Of a stretch of DNA of 64,000 nucleotides, positions 38,890 through 50,448 are shown piece after piece. The stretch is taken from NCBI RefSeq assembly GCF_963921235.1, contig NC_086098.1:1426001-1490000 (forward strand). Direction: 5' to 3'. The notes under the pieces are model-generated. The model did no database searches and was not told the DNA's origin. It saw only the letters and a list, made by a program, of their open reading frames with translations. The DNA is from Mobula hypostoma (lineage: Eukaryota). A program made the position numbers and the translations under genes. Positions within the stretch are counted from its first letter, which is position 1, and each line of letters opens with the position of its first letter.

Positions 38890-39425
38890 AATGATTTGAA
38901 TTGACTTTATTTCTTACATCCTTCACATACACAAGGAGTAAAAATCTTTACGTTACATCTCCGACTAAATGGGCAATGTGCAATCATTGTAATTTATAAT
39001 AAATAGAACAGTCAATCTAACACAGAAACACACTCAAATCAGTGTGCGTTAATCAGTCTGATGGTTTGGTGGAAGAAGCTGTCCTGGAGCCTGTTGGTCC
39101 TGGATTTATGCTGTGGTACCACATCCCAGATGGTAGTAGCTGGAATAGATTGTGATTGGGGAGACTCGAGTCCCCAATGATCCTTCGAGCCCTTTTCTCA
39201 CACCTGTCTTTGTAAATGTCCTGAATCATGGGAAGTTCACATCTACAGATGCGCTGGGCTGTCCACACTACTCTCTGCAGAATCCTGTGATTGAGGGAGC
39301 TACAGTTCCCATACCAGGCAGTGATGCAGCCAGTCAGGATGGCTCTCTGTTGTGCCCCTATAGAAAGTTCTCAGGATTTGGGGGCCCATTCCAAACTTCC
39401 TCAACCATCTGAGGTGAAAGAGGCG
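38890..39425 (-). mobile_element. Rex1/Babar-type 3' fragment of a different subfamily
   Basis: ORF 39053-39268 contains IIGDSSLPNHNLFQLLPSG. Confidence 0.65.
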
Positions 39426-40349
39426 TACCATTCAGGTGTCCCAAATTACAGTAGAGTACAGGGACAGGGACGATGGCAGAGCAGCAATGGCGAGAATATC
39501 TAGAAGCAATTGGAAGGCACAGGATATATACATCCCAGAGGCAGAAGTATTCTAAATGCAAGATGACACAAGCATGGCTAACAAGGGAGGTCACAGACAA
39601 CATAAAAACTAAAGAGAGGGCATACAATAGACCAAAATTATTGGGTAGATGAAGGACTGGGTAGTTTCAAGTACCTACAGAAGGCAACTCAAAAGGTCAT
39701 TGAGAAGATAAATATGGAATGTGAAAGTAAGCTAGCCAATAATATTTAAGAAGATAACAGAAGTTTCTTCAGATGCATGAAGTGTAAAAGAGAAGTGAGA
39801 GTTGATATTGGACAGTGGGAAAATAATGCTGTAGAGGTGGTAATGAGAATGTGTGTGTGGGGGGGGGGAATAGCAATGAACTGAATAAGTAATTTGGAAG
39901 ACACTAGCGGTATGGTGGAAGACCCAGTTGTCAGGGTCATGAAGTTTATGAAATTACCATTACTAGGGAGAATGTTCTTGGGAAACTGTAAGGTCTCAAG
40001 TTAGGTAAGTCACCTGGACTAGATAGTGTACACCCCAATGTTCTGAATGAGGTGGCTGGAGAGATTGTGGAGGCATTTGTTATGACCTTTCTGGAATGAC
40101 GCCAGGAGACTGGAGAATTGTAAATGCCACATCGCTCTTCAAGAAAGGAAACTATAAGCCAGTTAGTCTAACCTCAGTAGTTGGGAAGACGTTGGAGTTG
40201 ATTGTTAAGGAGATGGTTTTGGAGTACTTGGAGGCACATGATAAAATAGGCCGTGGTCAGCATGGTTTACTCAAGGGAAAATCTTGCCTGACAAATCTGT
40301 TGAATTCTTTGAAGAAATAACAAGCAGGATAGACGAAAGAGAATTAGTT

Positions 40350-41720
40350 AGGTGCTTGAGGAGTATAAGAAGTGCAAGAAAATACTTAAGAAAGAAATCC
40401 GGAGGGCTAAAAGAAGACATGAGGTTGCCTTGGCAGTCAAAGTGAAGGATAATCCAAAGAGCTTTTACAAGTATATTAAGAGCAAAAGGATTGTAAGGGA
40501 TAAAATTGGTCCTCTTGAAGATCAGAGTGGTCGGCTTTGTGTGGAACCAAAGGAAATGGGGGAGATCTTAAATAGGTTTTTTGCATCTGTATTTACTAAG
40601 GAAGCTGGCATGAAATCTATGGAATTGAGGGAATCAAGTAGTGAGACCATGGAAACTGTACAGGTTGAAAAGGAGGAGGTGTTTGCTGTCTTGAGGAAAA
40701 TTAAAGTGGATAAATCCCCGGGACCTGACAGAGTGTTCCCTCAGACCTTGAAGGAGACTAGTGTTGAAATTGCGGGGGCCCTGGCAGAAATATTTAAAAT
40801 GTCGCTGTCTACGGGTGAAGTGCCAGAGGATTGGAGAGCGGCTCATGTTGTTCCGTTGTTTAAAAAAGGATCGAAAAGTAATCCGGGAAATTATAGGCCG
40901 GTGAGTTTAACGTCAGTAGTAGGTAAGTTATTGGAGGGAATACTAAGAGACAGAATCTACAAGCATTTGGATAGACAGAGGCTTATTTGGGAGAGTCAAC
41001 ATGGCTTTGTGCGTGGTAGGTCATGTTTGACCAATCTGTTGGAGTTTTTCGAGGAGGTTACCAGGAAAGTGGATGAAGGGAAGGCAGTGGATATTGTCTA
41101 CATGGACTTCAGTAAGGCCTTTGACAAGGTCCTGCATGGGAGGTTAGTTAGGAAAATTCAGTCGCTAGGTATACATGGAGAGGTGGTAAATTGGATTAGA
41201 CATTGGCTCGATGGAAGAAGCCAGAGAGTGGTGGTAGAGAATTGCTTCTCTGAGTGGAGGCCTGTGACTAGTGGTGTGCCACAGGGATCAGTGCTGGGTC
41301 CATTGTTATTTGTCATCTATATCAGTGATCTGGATGATAATGTGGTAAATTGGATCAGCAAGTTTGCTGATGATACAAAGATTGGAGGTGTAGTAGACAG
41401 TGAGGAAGGTTTTCAGAGCCTGCAGAGGGACTTGGACCAGCTGGAGAAATGGGTGAAAAATGGCAGATGGAGTTTAATACTGACAAGTGTGAGGTATTGC
41501 ACGTTGGAAGGACAAACCAACGTAGAACATACAGGGTTAATGGTAAGGCACTGAGGAGTGCAGTGGAACAGAGGGATCTGGGAATACAGATACGAAATTC
41601 CCTAAAAGTGTCATCACAGGTAGATAGGGTCCTAAAGAGAGCTTTTGGTATATTGGCCTTTATTAATCGAAGTATTGAGTATAAGAGCTGGAATGTTATG
41701 AAGAGGTTGTATAAGGCATT
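40350..41720 (+). mobile_element. Young CR1 ORF2 segment (left arm of the inverted repeat), truncated at both ends
   Basis: ORF 40352-41554 carries the full set of RT motifs, with a 1-nt frameshift near 41452. Confidence 0.92.
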
Positions 41721-43866
41721 CTTGAGGCCCTTTGGCCCTTCTTGGCTGTGCCGAACCATTTTCTGCCTAGTCCCACTGACCTGCACACGGACCATATCCC
41801 TCCATACACCTCCCATCCATGTATCTGTCCAATTTATTCTTAAATGTTAAAAAAGAACCCGCATTTACCACCTCATCTGGCAGTTCATTCCATACTCCCA
41901 CCACTCTCTGTGTGAAGAAGCCCCCCCTAATGTTCCCTTTAAACTTTTCCCCCCTCACCCTTAACCCATGTCCTCTGGTTTTTTTCTCCCCTTGCCTCAG
42001 TGGAAAAAGCCTGCTTGCATTCACTCTATCTATACCCATCATAATTTTATATACCTCTATCAAATCTCCCCTCATTCTTCTACGCTCCAGGGAATAAAGC
42101 CCTAACCTATTCAATCTTTCTCGGTGACTGAGTTTCTCAAGTCCTGGCAACATCCTTGTAAACCTTCTCTGCACTCTTTCAACCTTATTTATATCCTTCC
42201 TGTAATTTGGTGACCAAAACTGAACACAATACTCCAGATTCGGCCTCACCAATGCTTTATACAACCTCATCATAACATTCCAGCTCTTATACTCAATACT
42301 TCGATTAATAAAGGCCAATGTACCAAAAGCTCTCTTTAGGACCCTATCTACCTGTGACGCCACTTTTAGGGAATTTTGTATCTGTATTCCCAGATCCCTC
42401 TGTTCCACTGCACTCCTCAGTGCCTTACCATTATCCCTGTATGTTGTACGTTGGTTTGTCCTTCCAACGTGCAATACCTCACACTTGTCAGTATTAAACT
42501 CCATCTGCCATTTTTCAGCCCATTTTTCCAGCTGGTCCAAGTCCCTCTGCAGGCTCTGAAAACCTTCCTCACTTTCTACTACACCCCAATCTTTGTATCA
42601 TCAGCAAACTTGCTGATCCAATTTACCACATTATCATCCAGATCACTGATATAGATGACAAATAACAATGGACCCAGCACTGATCCCTGTGGCACACCAC
42701 TAGTCACAGGCCTCCACTCAGACAAGCAATTCTCTACCACCACTCTCCGGCTTCTTCCATCGAGCCAATGTCTAATCCAATTTACCACCTCTCCATGTAT
42801 ACCTAGCGACTGAATTTTCCTAACTAACCTCCCATGCGGGACCTTGTCAAAGGCCTTACTGAAGCCCATGTAGACAATATCCACTGCCTTCCCTTCATCC
42901 ACTTTCCTGGTAACCTCCTCGAAAAACTCCAACAGATTGGTCAAACATGACCTACCACGCACAGAGCCATGTTGTCTCTCCCTAATAAGCCTCTGTCTAT
43001 CCAAATGCTTGTAGATTCTGTCTCTTAGTACTCCCTCCAATAACTTACCTACTACTGACGTTAAACTCACCGGCCTATAATTTCCCGGATTACTTTTCGA
43101 TCCTTTTTTAAACAACGGAACAACATGAGCCACTCTCCAATCCTCTGGCACCTCATCCGTAGACAGCGACATTTTAAATATTTCTGCCAGGGCCCCCGCA
43201 ATTTCAACACTGGTCTCCTTCAAGGTCCGAAGGAACACTCTGTCAGGTCCTGGGGATTTATCCACTTTAATTTTCTTCAAGACAGCAAGCACCTCCTCCT
43301 TTTCAATCTGTACAGTTTCTATGGTCTCACTACTTGATTCCCTCAATTCCATAGATTTCATGCCAGCTTCCTTAGTAAATACAGACGCAAAAAACCTATT
43401 TAAGATCTCCCCCATTTCCTTTGGTTCCGCACAAAGCCGACCACTCTGATCTTCAAGAGGACCAATTTTATCCCTTACAATCCTTTTGCTCTTAATATAC
43501 TTGTAAAAGCTCTTAGGATTATCCTTCACTTTGACTGCCAAGGCAACCTCATGTCTTCTTTTAGCCCTCCGGATTTCTTTCTTAAGTATTTTCTTGCACT
43601 TCTTATACTCCTCAAGCACCTGATTTACCCCCTGTTTCCTATACATTTCATACAACTCCCTCTTCTTCTTTATCAGAGTTGCAATATCCCTTGAGAACCA
43701 AGGTTCCTTATTCCTATTCAATTTGCCTTTAATCCTGACAGGAACATACAAACTCTGCACTCTCAAAATTTCCCCTTTGAAGGCTTCCCACCTACCAATC
43801 ACATCTTTGCCAGAGAACAACCTGTCCCAATCCACGCTTTTTAGATCCTTTCTCATTTCTTCAAAT
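41721..43866 (-). mobile_element. Young CR1, 5'-truncated with most of the 3' UTR (contains the right arm of the inverted repeat)
   Basis: ORFs 42579-43949 and 41767-42540 are separated by a 1-nt frameshift near 42585. Confidence 0.92.
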
Positions 43867-43869
43867 TTT

Positions 43870-45015
43870 TTTGTGAGAAAGTGAGGAGGCATGGGATCCA
43901 AGGGGACCTTGATTTGCAGATCCAGAATTGGCTTGCCCACAGAAGGCAAAGAGGGGTTGTAGATGGGTCATATCCTGCATGGAGGTCGGTGACCAATGGT
44001 GTGTCTCAGGGGTCTGTTCTGGGATCCCTTTGTGATTTTTATAAATGACCTGGATGAAGAAGAGGAGGGATGGATTAGTAAATTTGCTGATGACACAAAG
44101 GTTGTGGATAGTGTGGATGGCTGTCAGAGGTTACAGTGGGATATTGATAGGATGCAAAACTGGGCTGAGAAGTGGCAGATGGAGTTCAACCCAGATAAGC
44201 GTGAGGTAGTTAATTTTGGTAGTTCAAATATGATGATAGAGTATCGTATTACAGGTAAGACTCTTGTCAGTGTGGAGGATCAGAGGGATCTTGGACTCTG
44301 AGTCCATAGGACACTCAAAGCTGCTGCACAGGTTGACTCTGCGGTTAAGAAGGCATACGGTGCATTGGCCTTCATCAATCGTGGGATTGAGTTCAAGAAC
44401 TGAGAGGTAATATTACAGCTACATAGGACCCTGGTCAGACCCCACTTGGAGTACTGCACTCAGTTTTGGTTGCCTCACTACAGGAAGGACGTGGAAACCA
44501 TAGAAAGAGTGCAGAAGAGATTTACAAGGATGTTTCCTGGATTGGGGAGCGTGCCTTATGAGAATAGGTTGAGTGAACTCAACCTTTTCTCCTTGGAGCA
44601 ACGGAGGATGAGGAGTGACCTGATAGAGGTGTAGAAGATAATGAGAGGCATTTTAGAATCAGAGGCTTTTTCCCAGGGCTGTAATGGCTAACACGAGAGG
44701 GCATAGTTTTAAGGTGCTTGGAAGTTGGTACAGAGGAGATGTCAGGGGTAAGTTTTTTTACTCAGAGAGTGGTGAGTGCGTGGAATGGGCTGCGGGCAAT
44801 GCTGGTGGAGGCAGATACGATAGGGTCTGTTAAGAAACTCTGGGATAGGTACATCGAGCTTAAATAGAGGGCTAGGGTAATCCTAGGTATTTTCTATAGC
44901 AAGTACATGTTCGGATATTCATGTACTTGCTATAGAAAAAAAACATGGACATGTTCACAGCATTGTGGGCTGAAGGGCCTGTATTGTGCTGTAGTTTTTC
45001 TGTGTTTCTATGTAA
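43870..45015 (+). mobile_element. CR1 RT to 3' UTR fragment
   Basis: [19 protein letters not shown] and EYCTQFWLPHYRKD motifs, ending in a (TTTCTATG)-type tail. Confidence 0.85.
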
Positions 45016-45180
45016 GTGTGGCGAAGGAGGAGTAGACAGAATTCTGTCCGTTTGAGCACTGGGGTTGGATCAGTCTTCATCTGGTACCTTGTCTACAGCC
45101 ATTCCAGTATGGGTGGCCTGGAGATGGCATCACCTGATGGAGTGCAAGTCTCCAATGTGTTGATACAGGTCGTGGAAGTC

Positions 45181-46095
45181 TGACAAGGTGCCACACGAGA
45201 AGCTGCTTAACAAGCTATGAGCTCATGGTATCACTGGGAAGCTTCACGCATGGATAAAGCTGTGGCTGATTGGCAGGAGGCAAATTGTAGGAAAAAAGGG
45301 AACCTTTTCTGGCTGGCTGCCGGTGACTAGTGGTGTTCCAAAGGGGACCAATTCCTTTTGCATTATATGTCAATGATTTGGGTGATGGAGTTGATAGCTT
45401 TGTTGAAATGCTTGCAGATGATATGAAGATAATTGGAGGGGCAGGTAGTTTTGAGGAAGTAGAGAGGCTAAAGAAGGACTCAGACAGATTAGGAGAATGG
45501 ACAAAGAAGTGGCAGATGAAATGCAGTGTTGGGAAGTGTATGGTCATGCATTGTGGTAGAGGAAATGAAAGAGGACTATTTTCTAAATGGAGAGAAAATA
45601 CAAAAAATACTGAGGTACAAAAGGACTTGGGAATCCTTGTGAAGGATTCCTTGAAGGTAAATTTGCAGGATGAGTCTGTGGTGAGGAAGGTGGATGTGAT
45701 GTTAGCATTCATTTCAAGAGGATTAAAATATAAAAGCAAAAATGCCATTTTGAAACTTTATAAAGCACTGATGAGGCCTCACCTGGAGTATTGTGAGCAG
45801 GGTGGAGTCCCTTATCTTAGAAAGGATGTGCTGAAGCTGGAAAAGGTTCAAAAGAGGTTCTCAAAGATGATCCCAAGAATGAATGGCCTGGAATCCATAA
45901 TCCATATGAAAAACATCTGATGGTTCTGGGTCTGCAATCACTAGAATTCAGAATAATGATGGGTGACCTAATTGAAGCTTATCAAATATGAATGACCATA
46001 AGACCATAAGTGATAGGAGCAGAATTAGGCCATTTGGCCCATCGAGTCCATTCTGCAATTTCATCATGGCTGATCCAATTTTCCTCTCAGCCCTA
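45181..46095. mobile_element. CR1 RT fragment (+, to about 45990) followed by a CR1 3' tail (-)
   Basis: ORF 45330-45920 (YVNDLGDG..LADD..RPHLEYC) and a (CCATAAGA)n tail at about 45995. Confidence 0.8.
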
Positions 46096-46096
46096 T

Positions 46097-46470
46097 ATAT
46101 GTGTGTGTGAGTGTGTGTGTGTACATGTGTGCGTGCGCGTGTGTTCGTGTGTGTGTGTTCGTGCATGTGTGTGTGTGAGTGTGTTCGTGTGTGTGTGTTC
46201 GTGTGTGTGTGTGAGTGTGTGTGTGTGCATGTGTGTGCGTGCGCGTGTGTGTGTTCGTGTGTATGTTCGTGCGTGTGTGTGTGTGAGTGTGTTCGTGTGT
46301 GTGTGAGTGTGTGTGTGTGAGTGTGTGAGTGTGCGTGTCTGAGTGTGTGTGTGAGTGTGTGTGTGTGTGAGTGTGTGAGTGTGTGTGAGTGTGTGTGTAT
46401 GTGTGTGTGTTCGTGTGTGTGAGTGAGTGTGTGTGTGTCAGTGTGTGTGTGTGAGTGTGTGTGCGTGTGT

Positions 46471-46507
<37 letters not shown>

Positions 46508-46550
46508 TGTGTGAGTGTGTGTGTGTGAGTGTGAGTGTGTGTGTGTGTGT
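46097..46550. repeat. Compound (TG)n tract, about 450 bp
   Basis: TG runs interspersed with TTCG, TGAG and TGCG variants. Confidence 0.95.
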
Positions 46551-48197
46551 TTTCTCTATCCATTCATGGGTTATGGAGTCAGAGAGCACTACAGCACAGA
46601 AACAGGCCCTTCGTCCATCTAATCAATGTCGAGGTATTATTCTGCCGAATCCCATGGTCCTGCAGCCGGACCATTGCCCTCCATGCCCCTCCCCTTAGAA
46701 TTTGAAATCGAACCCACTTCAGCTCGCAGTTCGTCTGCAATACAGCGACTTATTTCCCAATATAGCTCTGTTTGGAAAATACATCTCACATACTTTCTGA
46801 ATATCGAAAAAGAAAGTGTGATGCGTTTCTGCCCTGTGCTGGATGGAGCAGGGATTTGAGGAAGAAATGTAACAGAAGCTTCTCTTTCTGGGCTCCCGCA
46901 GGATGTCCCATTGTGCCGAGAAAGTGCATTTTTGCCGAGACGGTCGGCGTTGCTATAGTGAAGAGCAGAACCGAAACAACAAGGCTCACATAGAAGCTAT
47001 GTTTGGGTGTCCTCGCACATCTGAAGGCTACTTTTAAGCTCTTGGAAAGTGGGCGAGAGCCACAGCCAAAATAAAAGTTCAAGGCAGCGAGTGGGGGCGG
47101 CAAGGCGGCCTCTCCCCATGCCAATGGGCGTAGAATTAACCCAGTAAATCACTAAAATAAACAGACCTGGCTGACTTCAGCAGTGGAACGAATGCCTTGT
47201 ACGGTGATTAATCAGACGCAATGTCTTGAGCAATTTTTTTGAAAAATATTCCTTTGTTGTGAGTGATGCCCCGCCTTTGACAATGCCAATCAAAAACGGG
47301 AGGGTTCAGCTAAAATAATGTTTAAGTGTTACGGGCTGATTCCCTTCTCTGTTCTTATTGAATGATTGCATTCCGAAGTTTTTTTTAATGTTATATGTGC
47401 TTTTAATACTGACAAGATTCAAGATTGTTTAATGTCATTTCAAGTAAAGGAGAACGAAACAATTGTTACTCTGGATCCGATGCAGCACAAAAACACACAA
47501 TAAGATAAAGAAACACAATAAGTAAATGCATAAGATAGCTTCTGTACATGATTAATGCATATCCATAAAGTGACGCTTGGCACAGAAGTGTCTGTACATA
47601 AGGTGACTTTGACAGGACATAAAATAGGGGTGGTGCGCGTTGGGTTGGTAGGTGGATAGAGCTGTTGATCAGAACCTCATTGTTGAGTTTTCTCAAGTAA
47701 CAACCTCTTACTAAAGAAAATTCCAACTACAGTTTTGCCTTCAGATTAAAGCAAGCAATCAAGTAACCAGTCACTTTCACTCCGTGATGGGAGAGTTCAG
47801 CCTTTAACACATACATATAGACTCTGACAACTAAAAACTTCTCCATAAATCTCGGGACTCTTATTTTGCAGTGGAGATGCAATTAGTTTTGCTTTGCAAC
47901 TCTGTGAAAGCTTGTACAAAATACGTAACAACTGTCGGAGAACATTCAGCGGGCATAAAACTGAAATTTAAAAAAAACATAAATCTGAAAGCACGCTGTA
48001 GAGGTCTTCAATTTAAGGATGATTCAAACTGCAGAGCTGATGGTTGTAAGGTGCGTACCAATTAAAGCTACATGACTTCATAAAGAATTAACGGTTGGGA
48101 CTTTTTGTACCGAGTAGTTAAGAAGTAGAGAGGCTAAAATGACAGGTGTTCGAGAAAGATGGTGAAAAGGGTATAATTCTATCCATCCATCTATTTC

Positions 48198-48770
48198 AAA
48201 ATCAGAATCAAGTTTATTATCACGGGCGTGTGACGTGAAATTTGTTAATTTAGCAGCAGCAGTTCAATGCAATACATAATCTAGCTGAGAAAAATAATAA
48301 TAATAATAATAATAAATAAACAAGTAAATCAATTATGTATATTGAATAGATTTTTTAAAAATCGTGCAAAAACAGAAATACTGTAGATTTTTTAAAAAGT
48401 GAGGTAGTGTCCAAAGATTCAATGTCCATTTAGGAATCGGATGGCAGAGGTGAAGAAGCTTTTCCTGAATCGCTGAGTGTGTGCCTTCAGGCTTCTGTAC
48501 CTCCTACCGGATGGTAATGGTGAGAAAAGGGAATGCCCTGGGTGCTGGGGGTCCTTAATAATGGACACTGCCTTTCTGAGACACCGCTCCCTGAAGATGT
48601 CCTGGGTACTTTGTAGGCTAGTACCCAAGATGGAGCTGACTAGATTTATAACCTTCTGCAGCTTCTTTCAGTCCTGTGCAGTAGCCCCTCCACACCAGAC
48701 AGTGATGCAGCCTGTCAGAATGCTCTCCATGGTACAACTATAGAAGTTTTTGAGTGTGTATTTGTTGACA
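48198..48770 (-). mobile_element. Rex1/Babar 3' end, same family as 11881-12843
   Basis: ORF 48419-48628 (IIKDPQHPGHSLFSPLPSGRRYRSLKAHT) and an (AATCAG)n tail. Confidence 0.85.
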
Positions 48771-50309
48771 TCTATTTATCTATCTATCTATCTGTCTGTC
48801 TGTCTTTCAGTTTATCAATCTATCTATCTACCTATCTACCAGGATTTGCAAGTATATTTCATGTATAATTTTCAGATAAGTAATTGGGGATAATGGATTG
48901 GAGAGACAGAAATGAGAGCGAAATTGCCCCATTTAACACTGATAGATAACAATCATGTAATGATATATTGTGCATCATCCAGTAGTTGGTTACTGTAACT
49001 TGTGCTGTTTACAGATATGAGAGTTTCATTGCCTAGATACCATTATATGGATAATACAGTACATTGTTTGCAGAGAAGGCGCAATGAATGGCGTTCTGGA
49101 AACTACATCAGCGTTTAAAACAAAATATTCGCTCTTTTTAAAATCTGAGTATAACGATATTGCTTCCTGTCATTTGCCGTCTGTACTTACAAATGACCGG
49201 CCTTTGGTATGGGGGGAATAAAGTTTCCGTAGAAAATACCTTTAATTGCTTAATTTTCTCCCGCTAAGCGAGATCAGGAGCGACAATAAATATGTGCAAA
49301 ATAATCGATTCCAGTAAATGTACGTCACAGGCTATACCGTAACGGGCTGGAAATGCAAAAATTCTGGGAAAAACTCATCGAAATGAAGAGAACATTTACT
49401 CTAAATAGATCCTAATTATCAGAGTCACAAAATAGACGCGGAGGCTTAAACATTACGTGTTGGAAGAAAAGAAAAACACATTATTTTAATAGTTTGATAT
49501 GCAAACGATGGAACATTCAATTACATGGCCTAATAACGCATACACGATGTGATCTTGTTATTTGTATGGGAAGGGTTGCAATAATTCACTCGGAGGTCCG
49601 CCGTGTTCACACATAAACTAAAATCTATTGGTAAGGATTATGTTTTCCTGCCAAACTACATTTAAGAGAATACAAATCAATGGAAGTTAATTTGGGCGTA
49701 AAATTAACGGTAATTATTTGACCTGCTTGCTGTAAAGATTAAATCTCTTACGCCCTAATTAGATAACATTTCCAGATGCATCGGCCAATTTATCTTTCAA
49801 TTTGCATATTTCTATTCTGACTTGTAGAAATAGTTAAAATTCCATTTTTGAAAACAGGCTTTGCGCGGATACAGGCAAGTTAAAACAAAAACTAGTTGGC
49901 AAGACACGCGAGCACGTCCGGCTAACAGACACGGACACGTGCAGACAAACCCCGCGGCTGACACAACACGGACGCGTCGGCAGAGGCACAGGGTCACACA
50001 CTCCCCCGCCAGACACCAGACATGTGTCCTCAAAGTTGCTTTCCTCGTCTTTGCGATGGAAACCAACCCCGTTTTAGACTTTAAACGTCGCCCAATTTTG
50101 AAACTGCTCTGTTCGTTTTGTTAAACACTGAGTAACTCTGCTGAAACTGTTCTCTTTCAAAAACACTTTCCTCATGAATCTTGTACTGTAGTCAGGTCCG
50201 CCAGTAGCCTTTCTTCCTCTTCCTCTAATTTAATACATATGTTATTAATAAAAGGGTGTTATTGACAGACTGACGCCTTTTGGTGTTTTCGGGCAGGAAA
50301 CACATTCAT

Positions 50310-50448
50310 TTAGTCCTGATGAAGAGTCTCAACCCGAAACGTCAACTGTTTATTCATCTCCAAAGATGCTGCCTGACCTGCTGAGTTCGGTCAGCATTGT
50401 GTGTGTGTTGCTCTGGACTTCCAGCACCTGCAGAATTTCTCGTATTTG
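50310..50448 (+). mobile_element. Older Penelope pseudo-LTR mini-copy with hammerhead core
   Basis: AGTC-CTGATGA-AGAGTCTCAACCC-GAAA-CGTC-AACT at 50312-50347, followed by the family tail. Confidence 0.7.

Noticed and set aside
40350..43866. Twin-priming 5' inversion as the cause of the inverted CR1
   Set aside because: Twin priming gives largely non-overlapping inverted segments, whereas here 1.37 kb is present in both orientations.
40352..43949. 400-aa and 456-aa RT ORFs as an intact active or domesticated gene
   Set aside because: Both are 5'-truncated, lack the endonuclease and a true start, and carry a frameshift just after FADD. One also has D>G in the YMDFSKAFD motif.
45948..46589. 213-aa His/Thr-rich ORF
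   Set aside because: A reading of the compound TG microsatellite.
46786..47124. 112-aa minus-strand ORF near GC and CCAAT boxes
   Set aside because: No recognisable domain and no supporting exon structure. Kept only as part of a possible regulatory region.
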